From contig RHPI01003599.1 of NCBI GenBank assembly GCA_009103225.1, forward strand, positions 124,001 through 188,000: 64,000 nucleotides of DNA, given 5' to 3'. Below the pieces are notes generated by a model. The model ran no database searches and was not told the DNA's origin. It saw only the letters and a program-made list of their open reading frames with translations. The position numbers were made by a program, and so were the translations under genes. The DNA comes from Chlorokybus atmophyticus. Lineage: Eukaryota > Plantae > Mesostigma and Chlorokybus algae. Below are positions 11,955 through 24,278 of the stretch, piece by piece. Numbering within the stretch: the first letter of the stretch is position 1; each line of letters begins with the position of its first letter.

Positions 11955-13160
11955 CATGCATCTTGTACACATATCATACACACCTCACACACAACTGCTG
12001 ACCACTCTTTACACGCTACTCAAGTCCTATCTGTCCCATGTCTCTAAAAAGAGGCTCAAAAACCACCACCCGACACGGTATCACATGCTTCTCACCCAAC
12101 GACATCCGAAAGCACATCATAAGCGCAACAACACCCTCACCCAAATTACCCCCACCATCATTTTCTTTGTGTTCCACAGGGTCTCTGACTCCCACACACA
12201 GTGCATCCGAGGCACATATTACCTGTCCAGGTATGCGTCTCATGACGGCTGGCGGGACGATGAACGCATGCGCCATGAGGTGGAGCTGCCACAACTCGCG
12301 CTCCCATGAGGACACGGGTGTAGGCTTCAGGAATCAGAGGTAGAGTGATGTGGAGCAATCACGCGCCGGAGCTGGTGGCCTCGGAGGCTGAGCAACTCGT
12401 GGAATAGGAGTTGAGGGGAACTTCGTGTAAACGCAACATGACAAAGTACTCGATATGGTGGCGCATGTCCACGCGCATCTGTGCACACACACACCGTGTG
12501 TGGGGGTATGTGTATGGGTGTGGGTGTGCTCGCACAAACGCACACATGCGCGTGCGCATGCACACTCATCCGTGGCGTGTGTTTTCTTGCGTGCGTAATT
12601 GTGTGATTATACGTGCGAATGACGCACGCACACAACCAACATAACTGTGCTAGTATACAATGAAAACTCTGCTTGCAATGTAACAGACCGTTGACGACCT
12701 GTAGCAACAGCGTACGTGCGCTGGTGCGCGCGAGCATAAGCGCACGCACCCCACATGCACATACACACATGGTGAGCTTAGGGTACAACTCTTATGTCCA
12801 TAATGAGCTTTGGTGTGCAGGTCTGGTGACATGCACACATGCGCATTGAAGTCAAACGACCAAGCCCACCTGAACCCACTGCCGCACAACCTAGTCCTCG
12901 TCTTCCAAGAAGTCAACCACCCTGCACGGGACAGCGAGCTTGAAGCTCGCGCGATGCATTGTCCACAATCCACTCTGCAAGCAACTGCAGAAACAAACTA
13001 CAGCCTCACCACCAAAGACACATACACGCGCAAGCACTTTGTGTAATGCACTCACCTGCGCTGCGGTCTCAGCCATGCTGTACTAATACTTAAAATCTTG
13101 TGGTGTTGGGTCATCATTGAAAGGGCGCCATTGCCAGTGACACTGCCAACACACTTGCGT
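11955..13160 (-). pseudogene. Decayed copy of an unidentified multi-exon gene; inverted paralogue of 21905-23320
   Basis: Exon-like blocks WIVDNA...VPCRVVDFLEDED*VVRQWVQ and WERELWQLHLMAHAFIVPPAVMRRIPGQ align to the copy at 22144-23016. This copy has TGG changed to TAG, a small frameshifting insertion, and a lost acceptor (ttccaggag changed to ttcctgaag). Confidence 0.7.
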
Positions 13161-14319
13161 GATTGTGTGCTAGAGTACGCTGGTGTGGATAGTTGTTTGT
13201 CTCATAGTTGCACGCATCTATCGGTGTGCGTGTACTTGTATAAGTGCGCGCACGTTAGTGAGAGTGTATGCATGCGCCATGGTGTCACTTATGCCCGCTG
13301 CATTTACGTGTGTGGCACACGCAGGCGCACACACATGTGCACACACACATACACGCCATCTGCAATTGCATTCTCACTTCTTCGCTCTTTTCCTCCACCT
13401 TCTGTCTCAGTTTGGTCTCCCACTCCAACTTCGCCTCACACATCCTCCACTGCTACATCACCCTTTGCTTGGCGTAGCCCACCTCGTTGCTGTGGCACAT
13501 CACCTCTTATGGGCCACAGACCTGAAGTACTCAAGCTGGGAGAGGACATTGCCTTTACAGATGGAGGATTTGGTTGTGTGTGTAATTGTGGATATGTCGG
13601 GAGGACGGGGAAGGTGGTGGGGGTCCATGCAGGAAGAGAGAGGGTTGAGGTTGGTACAGGTTGGTACAAATATACATGGAGCACTTGGCCCATGATCGCT
13701 GCTTGATCACTCGACAATGCTATTTAGTTATATATGTGTATCACTGCAGTAATATCTTGCGCAAAAAGCGGGCTGCTTGGAGTAGGCACCAGCGGGACTT
13801 CAAGTTAAGTTGTTACACTGATGCATGCATGCATGCATGCATACATGCTGGCATGCGGTCCCAACTGCATGTGGAATTCTTGCTATTCTCACGCCCAGCC
13901 TGTTGCGTGCATCAAGGGACACATGTGTCACATCAACATGCGTGCCCTGACTTGTTGTTCGATACTCTGTGTTGGTTGGTTGGTATTAGGTGGTTACTAC
14001 TGTTCTCTCTCTTGATGTCATGTGAAATCGTTTGTGCCGTGTCACATTGAAGGCAACGCTAGCAGTCACATCTGAGACACACGGATAAGCACGTCGAAAA
14101 GCACGCTTGCTTTTTCAATCAATATTATGGCATAATACATGTAGTAATGTAAACACTCGCTGGGGCATGCATGCGTTTGCGTACAAGCTGTTCGCGCGTC
14201 CATTGCTCCACTGGGTTGAGATACCTCAAGACAGAAATAGGCCTAGTGGCATCATGTTGGAGGCAAAATGCGTGATACATAATAACCTTTTGTAAGTGGT
14301 AACCCCGCAATATCGCATG

Positions 14320-14564
14320 TGTGCGAATACAGCCCCCTCTTACAAGCCTCCCCCNNNNNNNNNNNNNNNNNNNNNNNNNNNNNNNNNNNNNNNNNNNNNN
14401 NNNNNNNNNNNNNNNNNNNNNNNNNNNNNNNNNNNNNNNNNNNNNNNNNNNNNNNNNNNNNNNNNNNNNNNNNNNNNNNNNNNNNNNNNNNNNNNNNNNN
14501 NNNNNNNNNNNNNNNNNNNNCCTTTTCAATGGGGGTGTTGTCATAGGGGGGTTCCATTCGCACA
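14320..14564. mobile_element. Small inverted-repeat-bounded element whose interior is an N run (14355-14520); same repeat family as 6296-6350
   Basis: tgtgcgaat...ccccct.t.acaa is on the left and its reverse complement ttgtcataggggg...attcgcaca is on the right. The reverse-complemented right end (ccccctatgacaa...ccccc...aaaagg) resembles 6296-6330. Confidence 0.5.
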
Positions 14565-15249
14565 AATACGGCAGTTACACGAACGTGGATTTACATCCCC
14601 ATGTATAAGGTAAATGGGGCCCGTAATACTAAAGTGTTTGTATCAATTGTATGCATAGCGTTTACAGCAACGCAGCGTTCATGCAGTATAACAACAACTT
14701 GACATATAGAGGCACATTGTTATGTTATACTGCGCGTTATCATGAAGGCAATTGTCAATTGTTGATATAAAACATGATGAAAACAGAATACCGTTAAAGT
14801 CCACATGCATTACGCAAATAATTGAATCAAGGTATCTTAATATTATTAATAACGCAAGACCCTACATCATAGCCCGTCGTTGCCCCCCCCCCCCCCCCCC
14901 CCCCCCTTTCGACCAAATGCATTAACAATAACCTCACGGGTGTGAGGGGGGAGGGGGGGTAAAGAGATGNGGTATGGAAGCTGCTTAAAGTCATGATGAT
15001 CCAATATGGATGGTTGATGTGTGGGTGTGGTTGAGCAATTTAACACGAGACAATGCTTTCGCATGTTCGCATGTTCGCGCATGCGTGGCACAAGTCATTA
15101 AAATGATTACTTTGATAGATGTAATGCTGATAAGAAAATACAAGCAGAAAGGCTCTGTTTCTGCACATGCTTACCAGTGGCTTCAACAATTGCAATGCCC
15201 ATGTTGCAATAAAGGGAAATAAGGAAAATGTTAGTATGCATGTAAGCCC

Positions 15250-15540
15250 TGACCTGCCCAATGGAGCAGCGCAGTAGGATATTCTTGTCTACAGACCACT
15301 TCGTGACGCACGCTGCGATTTGCGTCCTGCAACCCGCGGATGGGCATTTATGTGCTGACTGTCCACTCTCAAAAAAGCAACTCTCAAAGCCATGCAACAG
15401 AGTGCATTGGGTTGTTGAGGTGGTGGGAGAGGCGGCGGCGGAGGACGCCGCCGAGGAGGCGAAAGCGGAGACGAAGGATATACAGGACAAGGAGGACGGG
15501 TGGAGAGGTTGACAGGAAGCGGCAGCCATGCAGGCCATTG
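15250..15540 (-). CDS. Possible exon of a small Cys/His protein (degenerate RING-like)
   Basis: Reads QCTLLHGFESCFFESGQSAHKCPSAGCRTQI followed by a cag|gtcagg donor. The RING spacing is incomplete and no other exons were identified. Confidence 0.2.
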
Positions 15541-16221
15541 GCGCCGGCCTGGTTGTCGCTGGCGCAGGTTGGTTGGTTGCTTGCTGATCATGATGATGGT
15601 GATGGTAATCACAAACATCCTGACGGTGATAGTGATGGTGATGGTGATGTCGTAGTAGCATTGCTAGTACTTGGCTTTGTGGTTAGATGACGATGACAGT
15701 GCAGCTGTCTGTGCGGTAGATCGTACCTGCATCCGCCTGCATTGCCATGAACATGCGCTGAGCTGCCACGTCAAGCAAGGATAAACTCGTCGTTTGTGTG
15801 AGAATAATTCTTCGACGTGGACATTGCTAAAAGCATTGACTAAAACTATGTGTGTATGGATCTGTTATGGGGACCGTGGCGTTGTTCATGTGCAAGACTC
15901 TGATTCAGCAGTGAAAGCTCACTCCAAGCTTGCGTCAACTGGTTGTGACGCTCTGCAAGACTATGCATATGTACTGTCATCATCACAGCAGACTCGTTTA
16001 TATAAGCACTCATGCAAACATACGCACACGCATGCGCATACAGCCGTGTACATGGGCACGCTCGCGCAGGCACAAGCACACATTCAAAGCTGTCAATGTC
16101 CACTGCTTGAGTCGAGTAGAACAAAACACGCATACACTGACAGCCGTTGTCGACAACTTTGTTGCAATCAACACATAGAAGAGAGACAAACACGTCGTAT
16201 GTGTGTTGCTGTTCATCTCAG

Positions 16222-19200
16222 GCTTGGGTTACTTATCCACCCGCGTCGGCACCAGCTCCCGCCCACCTCGTCCCCAACCCCTCCCCCCTCCTCTTCCCTC
16301 TCTCAACGGCGACACCCACACCAACAACACCACCACCGACCCCATTGACAATCGTCAAGTCAACCTCTCCCCCGCCGCGACGGACGCCCTCGACTTCGCG
16401 CAACCGCTCTCGTTCGTCGTGTTCGGAGCCTCGGGAGACTTGGCCAGGAAGAAGCTGTATCCCGCGTTGGCGGCGTTGCTGGGGGAGAGGAAGATACCGA
16501 CGCATGTTAATGTGGTGAGTGGTGGGTAGGGGGATGTGTTTGCGCACGTGCAGGCATGCTCAAGCATACATACGCACGCACATGCACATGCACGCGCATG
16601 TGTATACATTTTGCGTGCGTCAGGGTGCATGTGGGGCACGCTGACGCACGCACACGCACTTGCCCGCGTGTACGGGTTGTGCACACACATACGCCATCAC
16701 GCATGCCTGTGAGTGCGCACGCACACTTGCGTGCGCACTCACAGGCATGCGTGATGGCGCAAGTCGAGCGTCAATGCAATTGCGCATCCTCGCACTCATA
16801 CCTACATCAGAAACATGTATTGCAAAACGAACGAACCGACACATGTTGTGTCGTGACCCTTGCCATGTGTTCCCCCTCTGTCCAGGTTGGTTTCGCGCGT
16901 TCCGGTTTCACGGACGCGGAGTTCCTGTTGAAGCAAGCGGTGGGCGTGAAGGGGAGCGAGGACGAGAGGAGGAGCTTCTTCGCGAGGTGCAGTTATTTTC
17001 AAGGAGGGTACGACGACCCGGAGAGCTTTGCGCGGCTAGACGCAAAACTACAAGCATACGAAACAGTAAGAATCTGACACGATAAACACATATACCCTTC
17101 CAACCACGTACATACGCAGGCATACGCGCACGCACACGCACACGCATGTGCACTCACACGCGCGCACGTGTGTGCGCACGCGCACATGCGCGTGCGCACA
17201 CACACATAGACGCGCAGGCACGTGCCCACGCCCCTAACCATGCGCAGGCGTGCACACATGCACGCGCATGAGTTTTGTGTTGATACTGTGGTCACGCGCG
17301 CAGTTCGGTCCTGGCAACCGCGTGTACTTCTTATCTGTCCCCCCGACCATATTCGCAACGGTCTGTTCTCTGATCAAGCGGCACGCCGAGAGCCCGACGG
17401 GGTTCACGCGCCTCATCATTGAGAAGCCGTTCGGAAGAGACTCGCAGAGCTTTGAGGAGCTCAACAAGGCCACTGCCTCGCTTTTCAGGTGTGTGTGCAT
17501 GATAGTGTCCCCGTGTGTTTGCGTGTGTGTCATTGTGTGCGCGTACACACACGAGCACGTGTGCGCGCGCGCACACACAATTCAGAACACACACATTTGC
17601 GTACACACGCACGCGCGCTTGCGTGTATGCATATGTTGTTGACCCAACTGTTTGCCTACAATTGAGATTGATTGGCTTAACAGGGAGGATCAACTCTTCC
17701 GCATTGACCATTACCTTGGCAAGGAGGCAAGTGCGTGCATCCATGCATACAAACACTTGTCCCAACCACACAAGATTCACAACTCAACTGTTGCAGGTGG
17801 TTCTCAACTTGACAACATTGCGGTTCTGCAACACCATCTTCGAGCCTGTGTGGGACCGGCGTCACGTTGCGAGCGTGCAGTTGACGTTCAAGGAAGACAT
17901 CGGCACGGGCGGCCGAGGAGGGTACTTTGACCAGTTTGGCATCATCAGAGACATCATGCAAAACCATCTGCTGCAGGTAGTACAACAAGATACATATGTG
18001 TACGTGTGAGCACATGTGCACGTGTGCATGCATGTGCGCTCTTTGTGATTGTGCACGCTTGCGCGTGTGCATGTGTTATGTTTGCCGCAAGACCTTTTTT
18101 AATAGTCCTTATGACGCTCTGCAGGTCATAAAAGATAATAGAACTGATGTTGGACGCTGTGTGCAGGTGTTGATGTTTCTGGCGATGGAGCAGCCGAAGA
18201 GCCTTTCGCGCGAGGACATCATGAAGGAGAAGGTCAAGCTGCTCCGGTGCATGAAGACGCTCACGCTGGACGACGTGATCCTCGGCCAGTTCACCGCACG
18301 CTCCTTCAAAAAGGTTCACTATGCACACGTGATGCTGGTGACTTTGATGCTAGTAAATCTATGTGTTGTACACGCGCGTATCACATAACCCAAACACAAT
18401 GCCAGATACGTCACGTTGGTTCTGCGTTGCTTGCATGTCAGAATGTCACATAGTGTGCATACCATAAAACCATGCGATATTGTGACGGCACTGCATAGTA
18501 GCCAAGCATGTATCACAACCATCAAAGGGTAATCACTTGATATAAATCCTCCTCTCTCTCAGTTTGGTGATTCGCGTGTCGAGCCCGGCTACTTGGACGA
18601 TCCGACAGTGCCTGCCGGCAGCCGCTGTCCGACATTCGCGATGCTGAGGCTGAGCATCGACAACGACCGGTGGCGCGGCGTGCCGTTTCTGATGACGGCG
18701 GGGAAGGGGCTGGACGAGCGGATGGCGGAAGTGAGGATCACGTTCAAACCGAAGGGGAACAGTGTGGTGCCGCCATCACAAGGTAGAGGGGGGAGTCGAT
18801 GGGGGTGTGGGCTTCCGTGTGTGGGTGCGTGGGCACTCTGTTCATGGGTAGGTGTAAGTGTGCGTGTGGTTGTGCGCGTGCTTGTGAGCGTCTGGTTTCA
18901 ATGTATGGGCGTTTGTTGCGGACGTGGGCGTGGGCGCGGTGGGTATAAGTGTGCGCGTGTGGGTGCGTGCGTGCGTGCGTGCGTGTAGGCATAAGCATGC
19001 CATATGCGCGGGCGCGCGTGTGTGTGTGCGTGTACGCGCGCATGCTCGTGCGCATGTGTGTATGTGTGTGCGTGTACGATCATACATAGGTGTACGGGTG
19101 GATGTGCACGTGGGCATGCTTATGAGTGTGTAGGTGCGCGTGTGCGAGGGCACGGACAACAACCTCGTTGCAGGTACGATTCCACCCAACGAGCTTGTCA

Positions 19201-20275
19201 TGCGGATACAACCGGACGAGGCGATCTATTACCGTGTGATGAACAAGAAGCCCGGGTTTGACCAGGTCGCGACGCCCGCGGTGCTTGACCTGTCGTACCA
19301 GAGCACGTACCAAGGCATAAGGGTGGCAGACGCATACGAGCGCATGTTCCTAAATGCGGCCAAAGGAGACGGGAGCTTGTTTGTCGGCACAGATGAGCTG
19401 AAAGAGGTGGGAAGTCCAAATGCAACACACGCACATGCATGTGCATGGGCACGCACACTCATGAGCACACACACATGCATGCACGTGCGTCCACGCGCGC
19501 GCGCACACACACACACACACTCATACACACACGCACACACTCTCGCAAGCACGACTCGCGCACACGCACAGGCACACAACTCCATAACATGACGGTTGTG
19601 TTCTTGCCAGGCTTGGCGCATGTTCACCCCGATGCTCCATGCGATCGACAAGCAGCGCCCGCTGCCCACGCCGTACCCGTTCGGTTCGCGCGGTCCCGCC
19701 GGCATGAACGCGTTCGCGCTCAAGTGCGGCGTGAGGCTGTCCACAAGCTGGGAGGAGTTCCTCGGGACGCACGCGGAGCAGGCGGAGAAGTTGCAGGCCC
19801 TGTTTGAGGTAAGAGTTGTTGTGCATGAAGCGATGTACTCCAACTCACTACCTGTTGAGTGGTTTGATACACACACGCGCCCACACGCTACCACACACAC
19901 ACACGCGCACATGCATGCACACACGCACGTGCACACACACACGTGCGTATGTGCACGCACAGGCACATGCACAATTTGTTTTGTCAGGGCTTGGACAAGA
20001 ACCGCGACGGTAGCATCGACGTGAAGGAGATACGCGAGTTGATGAGGAGGTTTTACGACGGGAGGCCACCGCCCGAGGACAAGATACAAAAGGTACAGCA
20101 CATAATACCTCAGCACGTTGAGTGCCATGCGTGGACACGCCGTCCCCATGTTGCGCAGGTGTTGGAGAGGTTGGATGAGAATATGGATGGCAGCGTGTCG
20201 TGGGAGGAGTTCAAGAAGGGCACGCCGTTGCTTGTGGACTGGTCGGCAACCACCGCGGTGACACCCACAGCGTAG
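16222..20275 (+). CDS. G6PD: Glucose-6-phosphate 1-dehydrogenase with a C-terminal pair of EF-hands; 11 exons identified, first (ATG) exon not located
   Basis: Exons 16222-16514, 16886-17065, 17304-17488, 17684-17726, 17797-17976, 18167-18313, 18563-18782, 19174-19406, 19611-19808, 19988-20092 and 20159-20275 have consistent phases. Motifs: [70 protein letters not shown] loops: [12 protein letters not shown] and [12 protein letters not shown]. Confidence 0.95.
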
Positions 20276-21024
20276 CTTGCCCAACATGAACTTGAAGGTG
20301 GGAGGAAATGGCATCGATTGTCACCTAGCGAGCGTAACTCATGACGGTTTTCCAGGTTGGTGAGAACAGTGTACGTGATATATATAACAATAGAGACATT
20401 CACATGGACAGGGCACAGTTTGGCAACAACACAACTAGGCACAGGCCAATCATATACACTGGATGGTCATGAGTCAGTGAAGTTTTGCGTTTGCTGATGC
20501 CGTGGACATCGCGGGTCTGCGGGTTCATGTTGCTCAAACAAAGACACCACCATGCATAGGCTGAGTGGTGGAGCAAATGCGACGTCACATGCACAGCACA
20601 CTCCCACTGTACGTTTGAATTGTACACAAGGTAAATGCAGATTGGACTCCGTGTTGCATATTTTGTTAACCAAGTAACCAGTTGCCAATAACACGTACAC
20701 AATCCACAGCCTTGAACTTGTAATGACGCACGCGCACAACCCGTCAGGCCATGTGCAACACTTCACCCATCCCACACAGCCTTACAGATTGTAACTTACA
20801 ACCTGTAAGGCTGTACCCTCAAACACAGCCAGCATGAATATTGAATATTAGGGGTTTCAGCCATGCGTGCGTAGTACTGCTGAGTATAACACGCAGTTGC
20901 ACATCATACCTTAAGACAGCAGTTCTTGTGCTTTTGGTTCCGTCATACAGCGCATCTTGTTGCCTCAGATTGACAGGTTATGCATCAACGCATTTTATGT
21001 ATTGCCACTATTTCTTGCTTGGCT

Positions 21025-21599
<575 letters not shown>

Positions 21600-21904
21600 A
21601 TGAAGCTTGTACACGTATGCACGATTGTCAAGCCACCCGTACACATACGAGCTGATGGTGACTGTCTTGCCAACGGTAATTACAGTGTATGTAGCCAAGC
21701 TTTGGCTGTTGATGGAGGAAGCAGGCGTGTTCTTTACCGTACAGTATAGTCCCCCCCACACCCTCAACCCACCCAGGCATCGTGCATACATGCAAGCACA
21801 CTCTGGCACAGAGACATGCATACGCTCATGCACACATTGCACGCATACGCGTGCACGCATACACACACACACACGTACATGCAGCACACACACTTGCACG
21901 CATG

Positions 21905-23320
21905 CGCTGGCAGTGTCACAGGCGATGGCGCCCCTCCGACTCCGTCGCTCCCAACACCTTCCGACTTGGAGTATCAGTACAGCGTGGCTGAGAACGCAGC
22001 AAGCAAAGCAGCACAGGTAACCGCATCACACAACGGCACTGCTTCCATTGCGGTCTCGACGTCGAGTGTGCACATGCGCGAGCGCGTGCGTGCGTACGCG
22101 CGTGCTGATGAACAAACCAGTATTGCATGACAGTTTCTGGCAGGTTGGATTGTGGACAACGCGCTGCTCGAGCTTGTCCCGCACAGCGTGCTTGAATTGG
22201 CAGAAGATGAGGATTGGGTGGTGCGGCAGTGGGTGCAGGTGGGCTTGACAGTTCACCTCAACATATGCGTACGTGATCGACCCTGTACACTGACGATCAC
22301 CATGTCTCACCAGTGTAGACAAGAATAACACGCGTGCGTGGGCATGTGCGCTTGCATGCGCGTGCGCGCAGCTTCAAGCTGTTGCATGGCGAAGCAGCAT
22401 TGACTGAGTTGTCCTGTGACACAAGTGAAACCGACACTTCACACCATTTCCCCACGCAGGCTTGTTTTTGGTCGAGTCCTACTCCTCCTCCTCCTTCGAG
22501 TCCGAGCTCTTCAATACAAAACAAAGGGCCCCTCCTTCCTTTCCCACCGCGCGGAGCGTGCCCTCAGTTTCCAGCAGCACTACGCGGCCCGTATTGTCGC
22601 TGGGGAGACGCACGTACACCACCCCGAAGCGTGCAAGGCGGAGAGGGATTGGGCGTTCAAGGCGCAGACGGAGATGTGCACACTGCTGATGCAGGTGTGT
22701 GCGGGGGACGGGGTGTGTGCATGTGTCCGTGTGTGCGCGCGTGACACACCCATGCACACACGCATGTGACATGCGCACGCACATAGAGTGCGAAGCGTAT
22801 GTGCGCAAGCATGTACATGTACATGGTGGACGCATGAGTACTCTACTAGTGAATTGCTCATCCGCCACCACCCTCAGCGCGCCCGCGACGTCTCCACATC
22901 ACTCTACCAACTTGTTCCAGGAGTACACACCATCATCCACATGGGAGCGCGAGTTGTGGCAGCTCCACCTCATGGCGCACACCTTCATCGTCCCGCCCGC
23001 CGTCATAAGACGCGTACCTGGCCAGGTGATATGCGCCTCTGATACATTGCGTGTGGGCGTCAGAGTCACAGACACTGTGGAACAACAAAAAGAAGAGGAT
23101 GGTGGGGGTGAGGGTGAGAGTGAAAGGGGTTTATGTTGTTGCGCTCATGGTGTTCTTTGGGATGTCGTTGGGTAAGAAGCATGTGATACCGTGTCGGGTG
23201 GTGGTAGGTGAGTGTCTTCATAGAGAGGTGGAAAAGATAGGACTTGAAGAGTAGTGGGTTGAGAGAGAGTGGCTGCTAGATGTGAATTATGTACTATATG
23301 TGTAACAAAATGCGTGTACG
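21905..23320 (+). other. Unidentified multi-exon gene or gene remnant; better-preserved paralogue of 11955-13160
   Basis: Exon-like blocks with splice signals: about 22144-22238 (WIVDNALLELVPHSVLELAEDEDWVVRQWVQ), about 22460-22694 (...HRAERALSFQQHYAARIVAGETHVHHPEACKAERDWAFKAQTEMCTLLMQ) and 22921-23016 (EYTPSSTWERELWQLHLMAHTFIVPPAVIRRVPGQ). Differences from the other copy in the last block fall mainly at third codon positions. A complete model could not be built. Confidence 0.45.
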
Positions 23321-23600
23321 AAATTATATTATACCAAGTGCTGTTTACCAACTTGACGCAATGTACAGAAAATTCGAGAGGGGTATGTGTGTGGCATTGG
23401 ATTGAATATAATCTTATCGAGGGAGCCCTCACCTTTTGTGTGCTTTGTAAGCTCCTCATCATGCGTGACACAACACTTTCAACATTCCAGGTGAGTATGC
23501 GTTATTGTAGATGTGACACACAGGGCACGCGTTCCCTCCCCACCTTGCTAAATCGACACACTAATGAAGCACAGACTATCTAGTACGAGTAGAACGCTTG

Positions 23601-23603
<3 letters not shown>

Positions 23604-23651
<48 letters not shown>

Positions 23652-23672
23652 TGGGTGTGGGTGTGGGTGTGT
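23604..23672. repeat. (TG)n / (TGTGGG)n microsatellite
   Basis: Read directly from the sequence. Confidence 0.9.
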
Positions 23673-24278
23673 GTGAGAGAGATATAGATGACGGCCACTA
23701 CCAAGCTGAATGATAATTTCACTATGCTAATCAATTCATCTTGACTTTTCAGCTGGCGTCAACTCCAAGCCCAAGTGTTGTTACAGTGCTGTGCATAACA
23801 ACAAAGCGAGCACAATTGCCAGCAGCAGGGTGCGTGAGTGTGGGTGCTATGTCTACTACTGAAGAGAGAGTTGCAAGTGGCTGTGACTGCCTGTGGTCTC
23901 CCATCCTGTATGAAATAGATGATAGGTTATTGTTTCAGCTCCATATATCCAGAAGGGTGCAACGCTAGACGGGAGCCACTATACTCTGATATACTACTTG
24001 CTATAGAGCAGGCAGGATGGTCATGCCACTGGGACGTAACCATGGGTCAGGTCTTCTCCCACTCCCACAAAAACTTATGTCAAACCCACTTGCACCATAT
24101 GTGTAACAAACAGTGACACGCCATGGCCGGGGCTAATGCAGACCCACATCACAAGTCCCAAGTGTACATCACATGCGCAATGCAAATGCACATGCATAGA
24201 ACGGTGTGTGTTGTGGTATGTGCTATGAGAAAAGGGTTGTCTGCACGAGCACCACCCATCTAACAGGTGCAAGATGTA

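Noticed and set aside
14355-14520. Biological meaning of the N runs (also 45821-46029 and 46737-46901)
   Set aside because: These are assembly gaps or masked repeats, and their content cannot be read.
19134-19173. Extra G6PD coding segment [13 protein letters not shown] from an upstream acceptor
   Set aside because: It is phase-incompatible with the strong donor at 18782. The acceptor at 19172-19173 restores the canonical alignment.
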